64,000 nt of DNA from Camelus ferus. Its lineage: Eukaryota. The stretch lies in contig NC_045696.1 in assembly GCF_009834535.1 (NCBI RefSeq), forward strand, positions 77,192,001-77,256,000. Reading direction: 5' to 3'. Below, piece after piece: positions 38,186 to 51,050 of this stretch (the first letter of the stretch is position 1; the number at the start of each line of letters is the position of its first letter). The notes beneath the pieces were generated by a model that was not told where the DNA came from, ran no database searches, and saw nothing but the letters and a program-made list of their open reading frames with translations. Position numbers and translations under genes: made by a program.

Positions 38186-39699
38186 CATTGATTTGGAGCT
38201 CTCACAATGAAAAGATTTTGTTCTCTTCAAACTAAACATTCGCAGTGTTTTCAATCGGAAGAAAACAACTTTTTGTGTGTGCTTTGCTGTGGGGTTTTTT
38301 TTTTTTTTTTTTTTTTTTGCTACTGAATGCCATTTGTCCAAGTATGAATCTATGATACTGTTTACACAATCACCACACCCGTCATTAGTGGAACTGGGTT
38401 CCTGGAGAAAATTGATTTTGGAAGTCAAATATAAAGGCAGCTGTTCCTAGGGAAGATCAAGCCATAGTCACTGATAACGATGAGTGTTAAGGCAACAATG
38501 GTGCCAGAGAGAACACAAGTGTATTAGTTTCCTAAGTGTGCTTTGTCCTCCAGGGGAGGGCAGTTATGCATTGCTCAATAGGACTTCATACACTTCATCC
38601 AGAAAAACAGCTCTACTTGTATATTTCTGGGTTTTCATTTTAAAAAACTGTTTCTGGAATAAAGTTTGTAAAAAGGAGCTCATCTGTATTTTGTGATTAT
38701 CCTCAGAACATATTTTCATATACAAAGCGGAAAAAATAGAAAGCAGGATCCTCAACAATCAAATATGCAATAAAAAAGAAAGACACGAAGGAGATAAAAA
38801 GAACTTTGATGCTTCTCATGTTTGATTCATTGGGATGAAGTAATGCTTTATCTAACAGGGTAAATAATTTCTGACTCTTCTCTAGGCAGAGGTGAGATTT
38901 ATGGTTTGAACCTGCTCAATGGATGTCATTGGTAGTATTTTGACTTGAAGCTTGTAGTTACAGGATTTTGGCCTCTGCTGTAAGTAATTCCTGCTGTACT
39001 CTAAGGCTGCTCTGGAAGTGACCTAGAAAAGTGAAGGAAGAGTTTGTAGACTGAGTGATAGTTAATCCCTCAGTACTCTGTGTCTCTGGTCCTTGAGTTA
39101 AATAAAGCTAAATTATCTAGATGGTGACATAGACTGATTTGCATTTAGTCTTATTATTTGAAAGCTCTCATTACCCTTGTATCAAAGGTAAGTGAGACGT
39201 TATATAGTCTTGTTGATAATTTAAGACAATGGAATACTTTATGTCCAGTTGTAAGGAAGATACTAAGAAAAAAATAAAGTTCCAGAGTGGCCTACCAGGT
39301 TGATAGATATTCTAACCAGATTTTAAAATGAAGGCTTGAAGTCTGGTTATGTTTATCCTGGAGATACAGGAGAAAGAAAGAAAACAGATGATTTTAGAAA
39401 TTTTCTACATTTTCTACTTGGAAGAGATTCCAATTATTCTGTGTGGTCTCAGAAGGAAGAGTTAGAATCAAAAGGTATAATTTTCAGGGCAATATATTTC
39501 CAGCTAAAACAAATACAGGTTTCCTAATAAATTGAAATACTAGTATTCACGAATGAGATACTTTGACTTATGAGAAATTTAGTTTCTCAATGTTATAAAA
39601 TTTTAACAAAGAAGAAAATAAATTTCAGAAACACTTATTTTTTTTAAAACAAGAGCGTAGTATACCCAAAATAATTTTTAAAATATTCTCTACCCTCTT

Positions 39700-40690
39700 A
39701 TCTACTCCAATTCAGCCTTCTCAAGTCCTCAAATCAACAAGTACACCTTTATCTCTATGAACTTACTTATGCCATCATCGCTCATGTAGACTGCCTGCTT
39801 TTGTTAAAAAAAAAAAAAAACTTACTTCAAGGTAAGAATGATTTTTACGTTTTTAAGTGGTTGAAAAAAATTTTAAAGAGTATTTGATGACATTTAAAAA
39901 TTATATGAAATTCAAATTTTCATGTCCATAAATAAAGTTTGATTGCACCCCAGCCAAGCACATTTATTTATGTGCTGACTATGAATGTATTTTCTGCTAC
40001 AGTGGGAGAACTGAGTAGTCATGACAGAGATTGAATGGCCACAAAGCTTAAAATATTTATCTGCTGGCCCTCAACAAGAAAAATTTGCTGATCCCTTACC
40101 TAGACCATTCAAGCAGCCTCCTTACTGGTCTCCTGGCTTCCACCTTTGAACACAATGATCCATTCTCTACATGGCCAGCTAAGTAATCTTTTAAAAATGT
40201 AAATGAGGTCATTTTGCTCCCCTGTTTAAAATCTTCCAGTGACTTTCTACTGAACTTAGGATAAATTTGGTACTCTTTTTAAGGCCTTACATGATCTGAT
40301 CTTGCTATAGGAGAGATTTTTCCTTTTATCATACCATTCTCTCCCTCATCCACCAAAGTCTAGCACACGGATGTTCTAGCTATTTCTAAAGCATGGCAAA
40401 ATGTCAGGCTTTCTCTACAGAGCCTTTGCCCACTCTTCTCTCTGACTAGAAAGTACTTACCTGATGGTTGATCAAGAGATGTTTTCCTATAATTCGATTC
40501 ACAGCATAAATGTGACCCTGTCCCATTCATCTCTCCCTGTCTCTTTTATGTACCCACTTTTAACGTAAATTTTACATTCATCATAATTATTGCCTCACCT
40601 ACACATTGAAATTTGCTTAGACCTATAAGCAGTCTATGTAGTTCTGGTGTCTGCAACAGCTGCTGATGTTCAATAACTATTAAATAAATG
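39700..40690 (+). mobile_element. L2 LINE 3' region interrupted by MER58
   Basis: gcagcctccttactggtctcctggcttccacc...ctcccctgtttaaaatcttccagtgactt; ends tcaataactattaaataaatga. Confidence 0.7.
39790..40097. mobile_element. MER58B-like hAT-Charlie DNA transposon
   Basis: aagaatgatttttacgtttttaagtggttgaaaaaa...aaattatatgaaattcaaattt...gtccataaataaagttt...aaaatttgctgatccct. Confidence 0.8.
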
Positions 40691-41164
40691 ATCTTATATT
40701 TCTATTTGCAAGGCCCTAAATTAGTTACAGTGGTGTGGCAAGGTAGGGAAGGAAGATTCAATGATGGATATTTCAAGTAATGTAAAGTCTATCTGAGAAG
40801 AAAGTTATGTTTGCCATCTCTAAACTCAGTAAGTAATTGAGCTAACATATGTAAAGATTTTAGTTCTGGCACATAAGAAAAACTGCCTCAATGTCTGTTG
40901 AATACGAAATTGAGTTACTAGGAGTGTTTTGGGCACCCAGTCCAGGAAGTCTTGCTCCCCCCTAGGCAGGGCTCTGGGGAAGATGTCTGATGAAGACGCA
41001 TTCTAAATTAACCTTGTTTTTGTGAAGATGAATGTGTTGCAAAGAACAGTTGGGAGGGTGGGCTACAGTTAAAGGCAGGGGGGCTCCTGCATTAATTCAA
41101 AGAAAAAGTGATGAGAAACAAACTCAGAAAGTGGAAGTGAGAGTGGAAAGGATGAGGCTGGAGA

Positions 41165-41420
41165 GCAGAGAGCTTCAGGGCTGAGTTAGTCACATCCGAG
41201 TTTGAATCACCGATCCGCCTTCCCCAGTTGTATGATCAAGGGGCAGGTGTTCTCTGAATCTTCTCAGTTTCTTTACTTCAGCTATCTTCTCTATAGTGCT
41301 ATTGTGAGCATTCAATTATATAGTATGCAGAGAATGCTTGGTATAATTCTACTAGAAAACGTATACCAAGAATGGGTGGGTGTAGTTGGTGGTATCCTTA
41401 TCATTGTTATCTTTTTCTTG
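41165..41420 (+). mobile_element. MIR SINE
   Basis: gagtttgaatc...gggcaggtgttctctgaatcttctcagtttc...attgtgagcattcaatta. Confidence 0.6.
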
Positions 41421-42659
41421 TCATATGCAAAATATTGGGGAGGCAGAGGAATGGCAACTTGTTAGTAGGAGAGGGTCGTAGAGAAAGGCACACTTAAGTT
41501 AGCTTTAATATTTCTAGACTCCATAGCCAGGAGGAAAATGGTACCATTAATTAAGATAGGAACCCAGGAGGAGGAAACAGTTAAGGGAAAGATATCCATG
41601 AAGTCACATCTTGAAATATGGAGTAGAAATCTGGCCAGTAGATACAATTTTGGGATTTATTTCTGGTAGGGGAGATTTATTGAATTAAATGAGCCATCCC
41701 AGCATGATGGGATTTCAGGAGAAGGATCGTGTTAAAAGAGTAGCAGGAAAAGAGGTAGGAGTGAGAGCCCACAGAAGAGAAGTTAAGGAGGTAGGAGAGG
41801 AAGACGCACAGTGCTATGAAAGCCAAGGAGACATCGTGGGAGGAGGATGTGGTCAAAGGAGAAATCGAAGAGAATGAGCCCTGAGGAGAGTCTGGGCGAT
41901 CTCAGAATCTAGCTGGTCATGGTGGGCATCTGAGAGTATATTTAGTGAACTGCAGGTGTAGGGAGTCGTGTCTACTAACAATAAAGAGTTCGGAAATAGC
42001 TGCCTAGTGAGAAGGCAATATTTAGACATTTATCAATATTTAATAGAATTATTATGAAAGAATTGTAGTTTAACACTCACTCAGAGAGCCAGCAAGCTTC
42101 TGTTTTTGAAGAGAGGGCCACTGGATTCTTTGGGAAGTGAGGTGTGCTTCATGATTAAATGAGCAGATTTATAAATGGTCTGAACCTGAGTATTTTGAAA
42201 TGGGATTGGACTCTGATGAGAGGGTGATGCAGAATAGAATTTTGTCATCGTCATTTATCAGTAGATAACTTTGGGTAATATGCCTAAGCTCTGGGACTTC
42301 CTTTCTTCATCTGAAAATTGGAATTATATCACTTCCTTCTTGGCAGGCATAGAAATAAAACACATCGCATTTTTGAGTGCTGGCGTAGATATGGTCAGTT
42401 GGTGTGAGGTCCTTTTCCTCTGCCTCTCAATGCTCTCAGCAGGCTCACTGCCTAGGGATGTTTTTTGGCTATAAGGTCAAATCCATTTGACTAAACCCAG
42501 TACTTCACGGCCCAAGACTCACCGAAAGAAATATTTTGATTAATGTCCCCAATTTCTTTTAATGGCACTCTCCTTCCAGTCTCTCATCCTCAAAGCTCAG
42601 TCATCTCTGATTTTTCTTTTCTTCCTCAGAATAATAAATTATCCCATTTATAGTTGTTC

Positions 42660-42860
42660 ACAACATGACTTTGGAGTCAGAAATTCTGGATTTAAATCCT
42701 GCCTCCACTTGGGCACTCTCAGAATCTCCATTTCCTCATCTGTAAGATGTAGATATCATTTCTATTTATGATTACAGTCTAGTGATAATTAAACAGTGTG
42801 TCGTGCATAGCCCAGGGCCTGACACACAGCAGAAGTTTAATGAATGTTAGCTTCCATGTT
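42660..42860 (+). mobile_element. MIR SINE
   Basis: gactttggagtcagaaattctggatttaaatcctgcctccactt...tttcctcatctgtaagatg...agcccagggcctgacaca. Confidence 0.8.
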
Positions 42861-43412
42861 AATACTAGGGTCAGCACAGTGTTAAGATTTTACGTGATTT
42901 CTTGCTGCTCCTCCTCCTCCTGTGTACTCAACCAGAACTTGCATATACTTTTCTGGTAACTTACTAAACCTATGTCCATCCTTCATGTCACCCCCTCCAA
43001 CTGATCTTACAACTTGCTGGCACACACTAGCCTTTGAAGCACTGTTCCATGGATATCATTATGCTGTTAACTATCTGTAGTTTCCTGCAGGTAATGTACC
43101 AGATTTTAGGATCACATTTATTGCCCTCCTCTATGGGTCTCTGTCTTTCTATCTTTACTTTCTTCTCTTCCATTTTCTGCATCTTATGCTGACATCCACC
43201 AAACTACTCATTCCTCCGAGAATTGCCAGTTCTCTGCTACGGTTAATGAGAATTTTTGCCTCCTGAAATTTACCTTTTCTTGTCCAATATTACCTACAAC
43301 AAACACCATCACCCCAATAGGACTCTCTTGGATGACAATTGGAAGTAAACTTTCTTCCTCTGCATGAACTCATCTAAACATTATCTGAACTTCAAAGGGC
43401 ATTTTCTGTTTC

Positions 43413-43447
<35 letters not shown>

Positions 43448-43450
43448 TTT
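43413..43450. repeat. (TTAT)n microsatellite
   Basis: Perfect tetranucleotide run read directly. Confidence 0.95.
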
Positions 43451-45859
43451 GCACAAATCCCCTTCATCCTAGACTACCATCTCCTTTATAACATATCTTG
43501 CTGTTCATTATATCCCTCCTAATACATGCCTACTATTGAAGTCCCCTGGGCAGCACTGAGATAAAAATATTCTATATTGGTTATAAAACCACCTTGAAGC
43601 TGATTCTATAAAATGTGCCAGCCAGTATTAAAAAATAATTTGGAAGGAAAAAAAAACAGTCAGCCAATCAATTGTCTCTGCTGTTACACAAGGGAAAAAA
43701 TCTGCTGAAATTTTTCATTTTTGACAAGTCATTTCAACATCTCAGAGTCATTTTAACTGGATTTTAGAAAAGTAAACTCACCAGATATGTGGTTTCTAAT
43801 ATTAGTTTAACATAGACAAGCGCATATACCCCACAGTGTGCCATCCTCCAGGAGAGTGGGCTGCTCACGTATACTTTTTATTAAGCCACTGAAACATGTA
43901 GTCTCTGTTTTCTACCATCACTAAGTACCATCTTTGCCATACATTACTTTACTACATAACAGCGTGTTTGCTGTGAGTTAGCGTTGTACATTCTCACCTA
44001 GTTCTACTTCCTCATTAGAATTGAAGATCAAAATAAAAGTGAGCCTGTTTTCATGTGGAATTATTTTAGAAGGACATGTGCCAGCATTTTTATTGTATTC
44101 TTTCTTTTTTTTCAAATCAATGTTTTTATCACTGAGGATAATAGTTACTTTCAGAAACATCTCTTGTCCTTGTGACTGAGGCTGTATTAGGAAAATATTG
44201 GAAAAGAAACACAATCATTTCAAGATAATTCACATTTTAATGGCTCTATTAAACAGTACATTAATAGCTCATTTAAATTGATTTGCACACTTGAAAACAT
44301 ATTTTTAAATGAGAAAGAAGTGTTTGATTGCTTTCTGACCCTGAGGAGAATGTTATATATATGAGCAGATGATTCTTTATGTTTATAAACATGTATCCAT
44401 TTTTTTAAATAAGAAATTATAATCAATCTAGAGGAATCATTGACCAAAATTCTCAAATCAAAAATATTAAATGCATTTTTTTTCATTCTGAGATATTTGT
44501 GTTATTTACTTTTTGAAGAGTCTTATTCTATCTGGACCGAATTAAGCACCTACTGAAGAATTTAGAAGGAAATGCAAAATATAGAATATAGATGCTATTA
44601 TTTTTATTGGCCTGTAGAAAGTTTTGTTTTTTTAAGGTAGAGAAATAAAAGCAAACTTCTTTTCTGTCTTCTAAATATTAATTCTGTAAGGCTTTGTGTT
44701 AAAAATAGTTTATTCTTGTGTTTTGATGAAAAGAGAGAAACTTTTCCTGATATACAGTTTATTCTTGCATCTTTATCTAATCAGGCAAACAGTTTTAATT
44801 AATTCAGACAGTTGCCTCTGTGGTGTCTGTGCCCTTTAGGGACTCTTTCATTACGAATGCAAATGTGTTCCTAAAATAATGAGAATGTCATTATCCTGCT
44901 TTATTCATTTAGGTGGTCAGGAAGAGAACAGAAAAGTCATTTGATGGTGAGGTAATTCTTTTAATGTACGGTAATGGCATTCACTTTGCTATTTCTGTGC
45001 CTCATTTTCTTGGTCATTCTCAAACAGTGCTCCCCTGTGCAAGGCAGTGAAGGTGATGAGGGCAAGGATGCCAAGAAAAGATGAGCTGCAAAATCTTTAC
45101 ATTTCATATCATCAAAACATAGATTGGTACTTACATTGCATTTGACAGAGAATAAGCACCTGTCAGTCTAAGCATGTAAGTTGCATAATGTATCAAAGAA
45201 TAGTTTAACGGAAATTAGAGGTATTTTAATAAAGTACTTGATTTTTGTATTTTTGATCATGTTTATAATTATGAAACTTTGACCCCCTTTTGCCATTATT
45301 TTTAGAAAAAGACACCCAAAATATACACGAATAATGTCTAGTATACTGACTCCACTCAGTCCTATTAACTATGCAAATTCTTAGAAGAAATATTTGCTAC
45401 AGACAGACCTTCATAATGCAAAGTTGCTCTAATATAAAGCTTTGTACTTCATTTACACATTCATTTATTTGATAAAATGTCCTTGTGTGCCTATCGTGTG
45501 TCAGAGGGAGAAAACAGATGTAGAATATAGTCAAATAGGGTTCACGTTATCACAGTAATCTCAGTAATGAGTGTATTAAAGAGAAAGCCAAATATTTAGG
45601 CATAGGAAACAGAGCGTTCAAAGATACAGAGCCTAAAAAGAATATCACCCATTTGGGGAATTGCTACAAATTATTGAAGCCTAGATATCAATTGGAGATG
45701 ATGCTGATGAAATAGAGGTTGTGGAATGCCTTGGATGCAGAGCTTTGACTTTTTTTTTCCCTATTGCAAGAGGAAGACATTAAATGTTGAGAAAGTTTTA
45801 CTTTGAAATAAAAGTTTCAGTGGAACAAGCAACTATTTTTCCAATTGTTCTCTTCCCAG

Positions 45860-46580
45860 CACACCTAATATGGTCATCAGCATTAAGCATGTTCCAAACC
45901 AAACACATCATCTAGTTCCAAACACTGGCCTCGGTCCTTTATCTGATCTGACGCGACCTCATCACCTCACACCTGAAATGCTACAGTTGGTACTTGATCT
46001 CTATGACTAGACTTGAGAACAGCAAACTCTTCTTCTTGCTATCCCTAGACTCGTTTTCCTACAGTGCTATGGTTTTATAGCTCATTAGCATCCTTCACAT
46101 CAAGTTTGAATGTCTTTCTGTATCAGGAAGTCGCTATTCACAGTCTGTCCCTATTTTAGCTCTCAAGCCCCATCAGCTACCATTTTCCCAGAGACTCAAT
46201 GTTCCATCCACCCAAGTGTCTCACATTTTCTTAAGCATCATTTTCTCTCTTACCCCTCCATTCTCATGCATGTATATGTGGTGTTTATTCCATGGTGAAT
46301 CCCTTTCCCCAAGGAAAACTCTTCTTTCAAGACGCTGCCTCAAATATTGTCCCTGATGAAATTTTCTGACATCAAAGACAGAACTGGTCACCCTCTAGCT
46401 GGAGGCACCACTGTATTTAGAGCTTTCCTCAATTACAGTGTTGCCATATGATATTGATATTGATGCATCTGTCTTTCGCACTCAGGCTACAGACTTCAAA
46501 TTTATAGACATCATCTCTTCCAAGCGCCTCAGTTCCTTATATAGTACCTGGCTCCTACTAGATCTGAATAAATGTGAACA
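45860..46580 (+). mobile_element. L2 LINE fragment, degenerate
   Basis: agcatgttccaaaccaaacacatcatc...tctttcaagacgctgcctcaaatattg...atagtacctggctcctactagatctgaataaatg. Confidence 0.55.
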
Positions 46581-46589
46581 AAATATATA

Positions 46590-46645
46590 GCCATATAAAT
46601 AAACCTCTACTCGTATTCACAACTGCTCCTTTAAACAACTCTGTA

Positions 46646-46679
<34 letters not shown>

Positions 46680-46790
46680 GATGTAAAAACTGAGGTTCAG
46701 AGATGATATTTGACTTGCCCCTCTGTTGTGTTGCTAATAATTGGCTAAGCTGGGAGTCGAAATCAGGCCTTCTGATAACGCATCCCAAAT
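46590..46790 (-). mobile_element. MIR SINE containing (TAT)10 at 46649-46678
   Basis: Antisense core tatagatgtaaaaactgaggttcagagatgatatttgacttgccc. Confidence 0.75.
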
Positions 46791-49700
46791 TCTTCAAATC
46801 TTATTTTTTTCTTGGTAAACCAAAGATATTTAGAAGAATATTTAATATATATAAGAATTTGTATTTAAAACACGTTTTTTTTTTTGGTATGAACTAAGCT
46901 ATATTTTCATGATTTGAGACTGTACCTTTAGACTGATTGGGGATCAAGGATAGAACTTCGGATAACATCTGTAAAGAATCAAGATCTTCAGTGAATTTAA
47001 GTAATGGGTACTTATTTTCAATAAGTTTGAGTTTAGCTGAATTAAGACCTTTTTCTTACTTAAGGTTATCACTCTTTGTTCAAAGATAGGTTATCCTCAA
47101 ACTGCATATAGTTAGCTCAGACCTTGTCAGATGTATTGAGGTACTGAAAGTAAGAAAAAATGTAAAAACTTCAGAAATTGTTGCTTTTCTAAATGTGTTT
47201 GTATTTGATAATTGCAGTATAATGAAAGGAAGCTTGTAACTGGATATCAGCACCATTCATCTTTCAGACACTGGGAAGGTTATTAAAGGGGCCAGAACCC
47301 ATCGCTTCTTTGAAGTAGTTACCCAGCCATGCCCATTGCATTTGGCTTCGGTTGTGGGACATTTTTTTAGTCTGTTTCTTCAACTTGATGGGTTAAAATT
47401 CTAAAAAAAAGATGTCTTTGCCGCACAAACAGAAAATCAGAGTTGACCATATGTTTCTGTTACTTAATGATGCTTTGTTTAGAGGGAAAAGAAAACAGAA
47501 AAGACAACTTTTGACTTAGCTCTGTCTCTTGATATCCTGACACCTCTGGTTTATTGTATTTACAAAAATCAATCAAGTCTAACAAACAAAAAGGGAAATC
47601 CTCCAATTCTGGCAGCATCACAAAGCATACCAGTGAATTTTGTGGGTTAAAATGATAGTTTTCAAGACATCAACCTATGAATATTTAACATATACCCCCA
47701 TCATTTTCAACTTTAATTTATGTTAAAGATTTAAAGATAGATTTAAAAAGTTTTCTAGAAATAGTTGAATTTTCAGTCTACAAATAAAGACAGAAGAGAA
47801 ACAACAACAACAAGGTGAACAAGAAGCCAGCAGAAGGTGTGCCAGAGAAAACGATCTGTCACAGCAGAAAGGGAGGGAAGTCAAACTGCTGGATCAAGGT
47901 GATGATAGCATTAGGGAGCGTTTTAACTAAGGTCTTAAGGCTTTTGAGGCTGACTTTACATATCCTTGTTCTACCTTTTATTTGGTTTAAGCCATTGCTG
48001 GTGGTTTGGCAGTTATGATCACAAAATGTTGCATGGGAATTTTGAAGCACAGATTACCCTAATAGTAATAAATTGCTGCTTAAAATATGTGATCCTTCAG
48101 AAGCATTTTTTTAATTGTTCTTAGGATTTACAAGCAAGAAAATAAAATTAAGGTAAAGTTGGTCTAATGCAATGGACTGATAAAAAGTAGTCTGGTGATG
48201 ATGAAACAAACAATATAGCCATGGTAAATAACATTTCCTAGGAGAAAAAACTGACTAATTGAAATGTACTGTTCCATAATTATGGGCATGATACACATGA
48301 TAACTGCATTTCCTTTTATGATAACAGCCTTTCTAAAGGCATCTATGAAAGCCAAACTAATAAAACAACACAGGATTATAGAATCATACATTTGCAAAAA
48401 AAATTATTTTAATTAAACTTCATGAGAGTATGATGAATTAAAAAGCATATATTTGCATTTATTTTCCCTCAGAAAGAGCATTTTATTGAAGTGATTTTCA
48501 AAAATGTTTTAATTAAGGAAAAATAGAAGATGGCAGAGAAATTAAAATTAAACAAAGAACCACTTCAGTTTTACTTGCCACTTTCCATCTTTTCTGTGAT
48601 TTAAAGCCTATTGACCTGGTGTTTATCTCCATCAAATTCTGGTCCTTTCAGAAATCTGACTTTGTTACTAAACTTGCCCACTTGGTAAATGTCTAAAATG
48701 CAGCTCTCCTAGTGCAATTCCCTTGAATCATTCTTGTTCTACTTATTTGGCTGTGGTGTATTCAGAATCTACTGTAATAAAATATGAGGAAAAATGTAAA
48801 CACAGAGAGCCACACAGTGTGGAATGTAGGTAATAATGGAGTATAGGTAATATTGATGTGAATATTGGATTGACCTTCTTTTGGTCGATACTTCTTTATT
48901 TCCTTTGACAGTCTAACATAGCTGGTTCACTTGGTAGGACTGATAGCGGTAGCGGGAAGAAATTGGGCCAGAGCAGCAGGTATGGTTATTTTACCTGCTG
49001 TTTTTAGTTCTATTACAAATAAAGACAGAACTAGATAATTTTTTGGCACATTGTGAACAAATAGTATTTAAACAAATTATAATAGATAATGTTATGGAAA
49101 ACACATGAGGAACAGTACATTTGGGTTCCTTGCAGAACCTTGCAGCTGTGGTATGACCTGTTAACATGAAAAACTGAGCTTACCTGTCTTAGATCTAGAG
49201 CAGAGCCCTCTTATTTCACTAGCTACTTGGGGGAGAGGGTAAGGGGAAGAAAAGCAAACCAAAAAGAAAATGACCATGAGAAGGAATTTAATGGGCAACA
49301 CCTAAAATATAGCAAGCAAATGTGAGAACTTTCAACCTATTTTTAAATGTCTCCAAATATTCAGACTGGTGTCACCTCTGTCATCTATGTCCTTGGACTT
49401 GATCCATGAGAACTTTTTCACCTTTTGGGTAGAGTAGGGGGAGAGAGTGGCACTGAATAAAAGATCCCTGAGGTAGGAGTGAGCCATAGCATTGACCTCT
49501 ATTGGCATAACTTGTCTTTCATTTGCTTCTAACTAAGCTGTAAATCCTTTGTTCTTAATTTACAGATTTGAAATTCATGAGCTTTGTAACTTCTTCACAT
49601 CAAGACAAATAACCCCCCTGCTGTTGAAATCACTTGCATAATTTATACCTTTCAAAATTGGAATTGCATCATTGCCTCCTTTGCAATTAGCCTGTAGTCA

Positions 49701-50299
49701 AGCCTTTTCACCACATTGAAAGGTCTTTAATTTTTCTTGACTCTTAAGCATTTCTATACTTCTTTTTTGAATACCTTGGGATACTATAGCAATCTTTTCT
49801 ATCTGTGTAATACCTTAGAAATACAGCTATGTCCAGATTATGTTCAAAGTTAACAGTTTGCAGACGTTTCTTATGTACAGATTTATGTTGACAAAATCAG
49901 CTAGTGACCTTTCAAAATAAATGTTATCAATACCTAATGGAAGTCACTATTTAATTTTAAGTCTGTCATTCTCTTTGCGATGTTTCGGTAATGCCTTGTG
50001 TATATTTCTGTCCTAAAAATTATCTTATTGTAAAATTTCTTATTTATGAATATCTTTTTAATTGGACCATGAGCTTCTTGAAATATTGGATATATATTAT
50101 TTACCCTTTTATTCCCAATGTATAGTATATTACCTAGAATGTACTGTTTACTCAATCAGTTTTTGTTGGTCCATTTTGCAAATTTTGGTATTCCAAAGCA
50201 GAAGATATCATTTATCATGTAAAGTCAATAGCGGTGATGATGCTGTTTTGGAATCTAATTTCATCTACCTTAGTAATTTTAACTTGTGTATAATACCCT

Positions 50300-51050
50300 T
50301 GAATAATGAACCTCTGACCTTTTCTTAAAGCTAACATTGAGTGGCAACTCTTTCAAAATTTGCTTACTCTTGTTAGCTCATTTATTTTTTCTATCAAGAT
50401 CATTTTTCCTTCTTTGGAACATTATAGAATGAGTCTAAATTATCTTTCATTTGAGAGTTCTTCAAATATTTGAAGACAATCATAATTCCTTCTTTATCTC
50501 TGCTTCAGGCTAAATAGCCTAGAATTTTTTCCCTATTATAAAATGATTTCCAGACTCCTTATCTTCCTATCTCCATTCTTTCTTAGTGATTGATTTAATT
50601 ATTTAAGAAAAAAAAAAAGAAAAAAGGGAAAAAGTTGTAGAAATTTCCAATGGTCCTTACATCTTGTCTTCATTTTTCCTGTTTAAGAATATATATAAAT
50701 GAAAAGGTGAAGTAGTCTCTTCTGCCTTCTAATTTCAGCTCTCACAGGCAACCAGTCTTCCATAGTGTCATCTTTGCTTATTCACACATGCTCAAGAGTG
50801 CACGCATGTAAGCACACACACACACACACACACACAGACACACTCACACACGGATGCATTTTGGAGTTCTGTTTAAAAGAAAAAAGATCACTTGTTATAA
50901 TATCTATCTATCTATCTATCATATCTATAATATACTATGCCATTCTTCCCCCCTCAAACCATCATCAGTCACAGCTCTCTTTTAGTTACATTCTTATTTG
51001 TCAGTGACTCTCTTGAAATGCTGCACTCAGGACTAAATAAAATTTCAGAT
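50300..51050 (-). mobile_element. L3/CR1 LINE fragment interrupted by an L1ME-like 3' fragment and CA/TATC repeats
   Basis: cttcaaatatttgaagacaatcat...cttcaggctaaatagcc (50460-50520) and cttgaaatgctgcactcaggactaaataaaatttcagat (~51012-51050) resemble consecutive antisense L3 segments. Confidence 0.55.
50813..50851. repeat. Imperfect (CA)n microsatellite
   Basis: Read directly. Confidence 0.9.

Noticed and set aside
38295..38318. T24 run as the tail of a processed pseudogene or SINE
   Set aside because: No recognisable element body or TSD adjacent; treated as a simple homopolymer.
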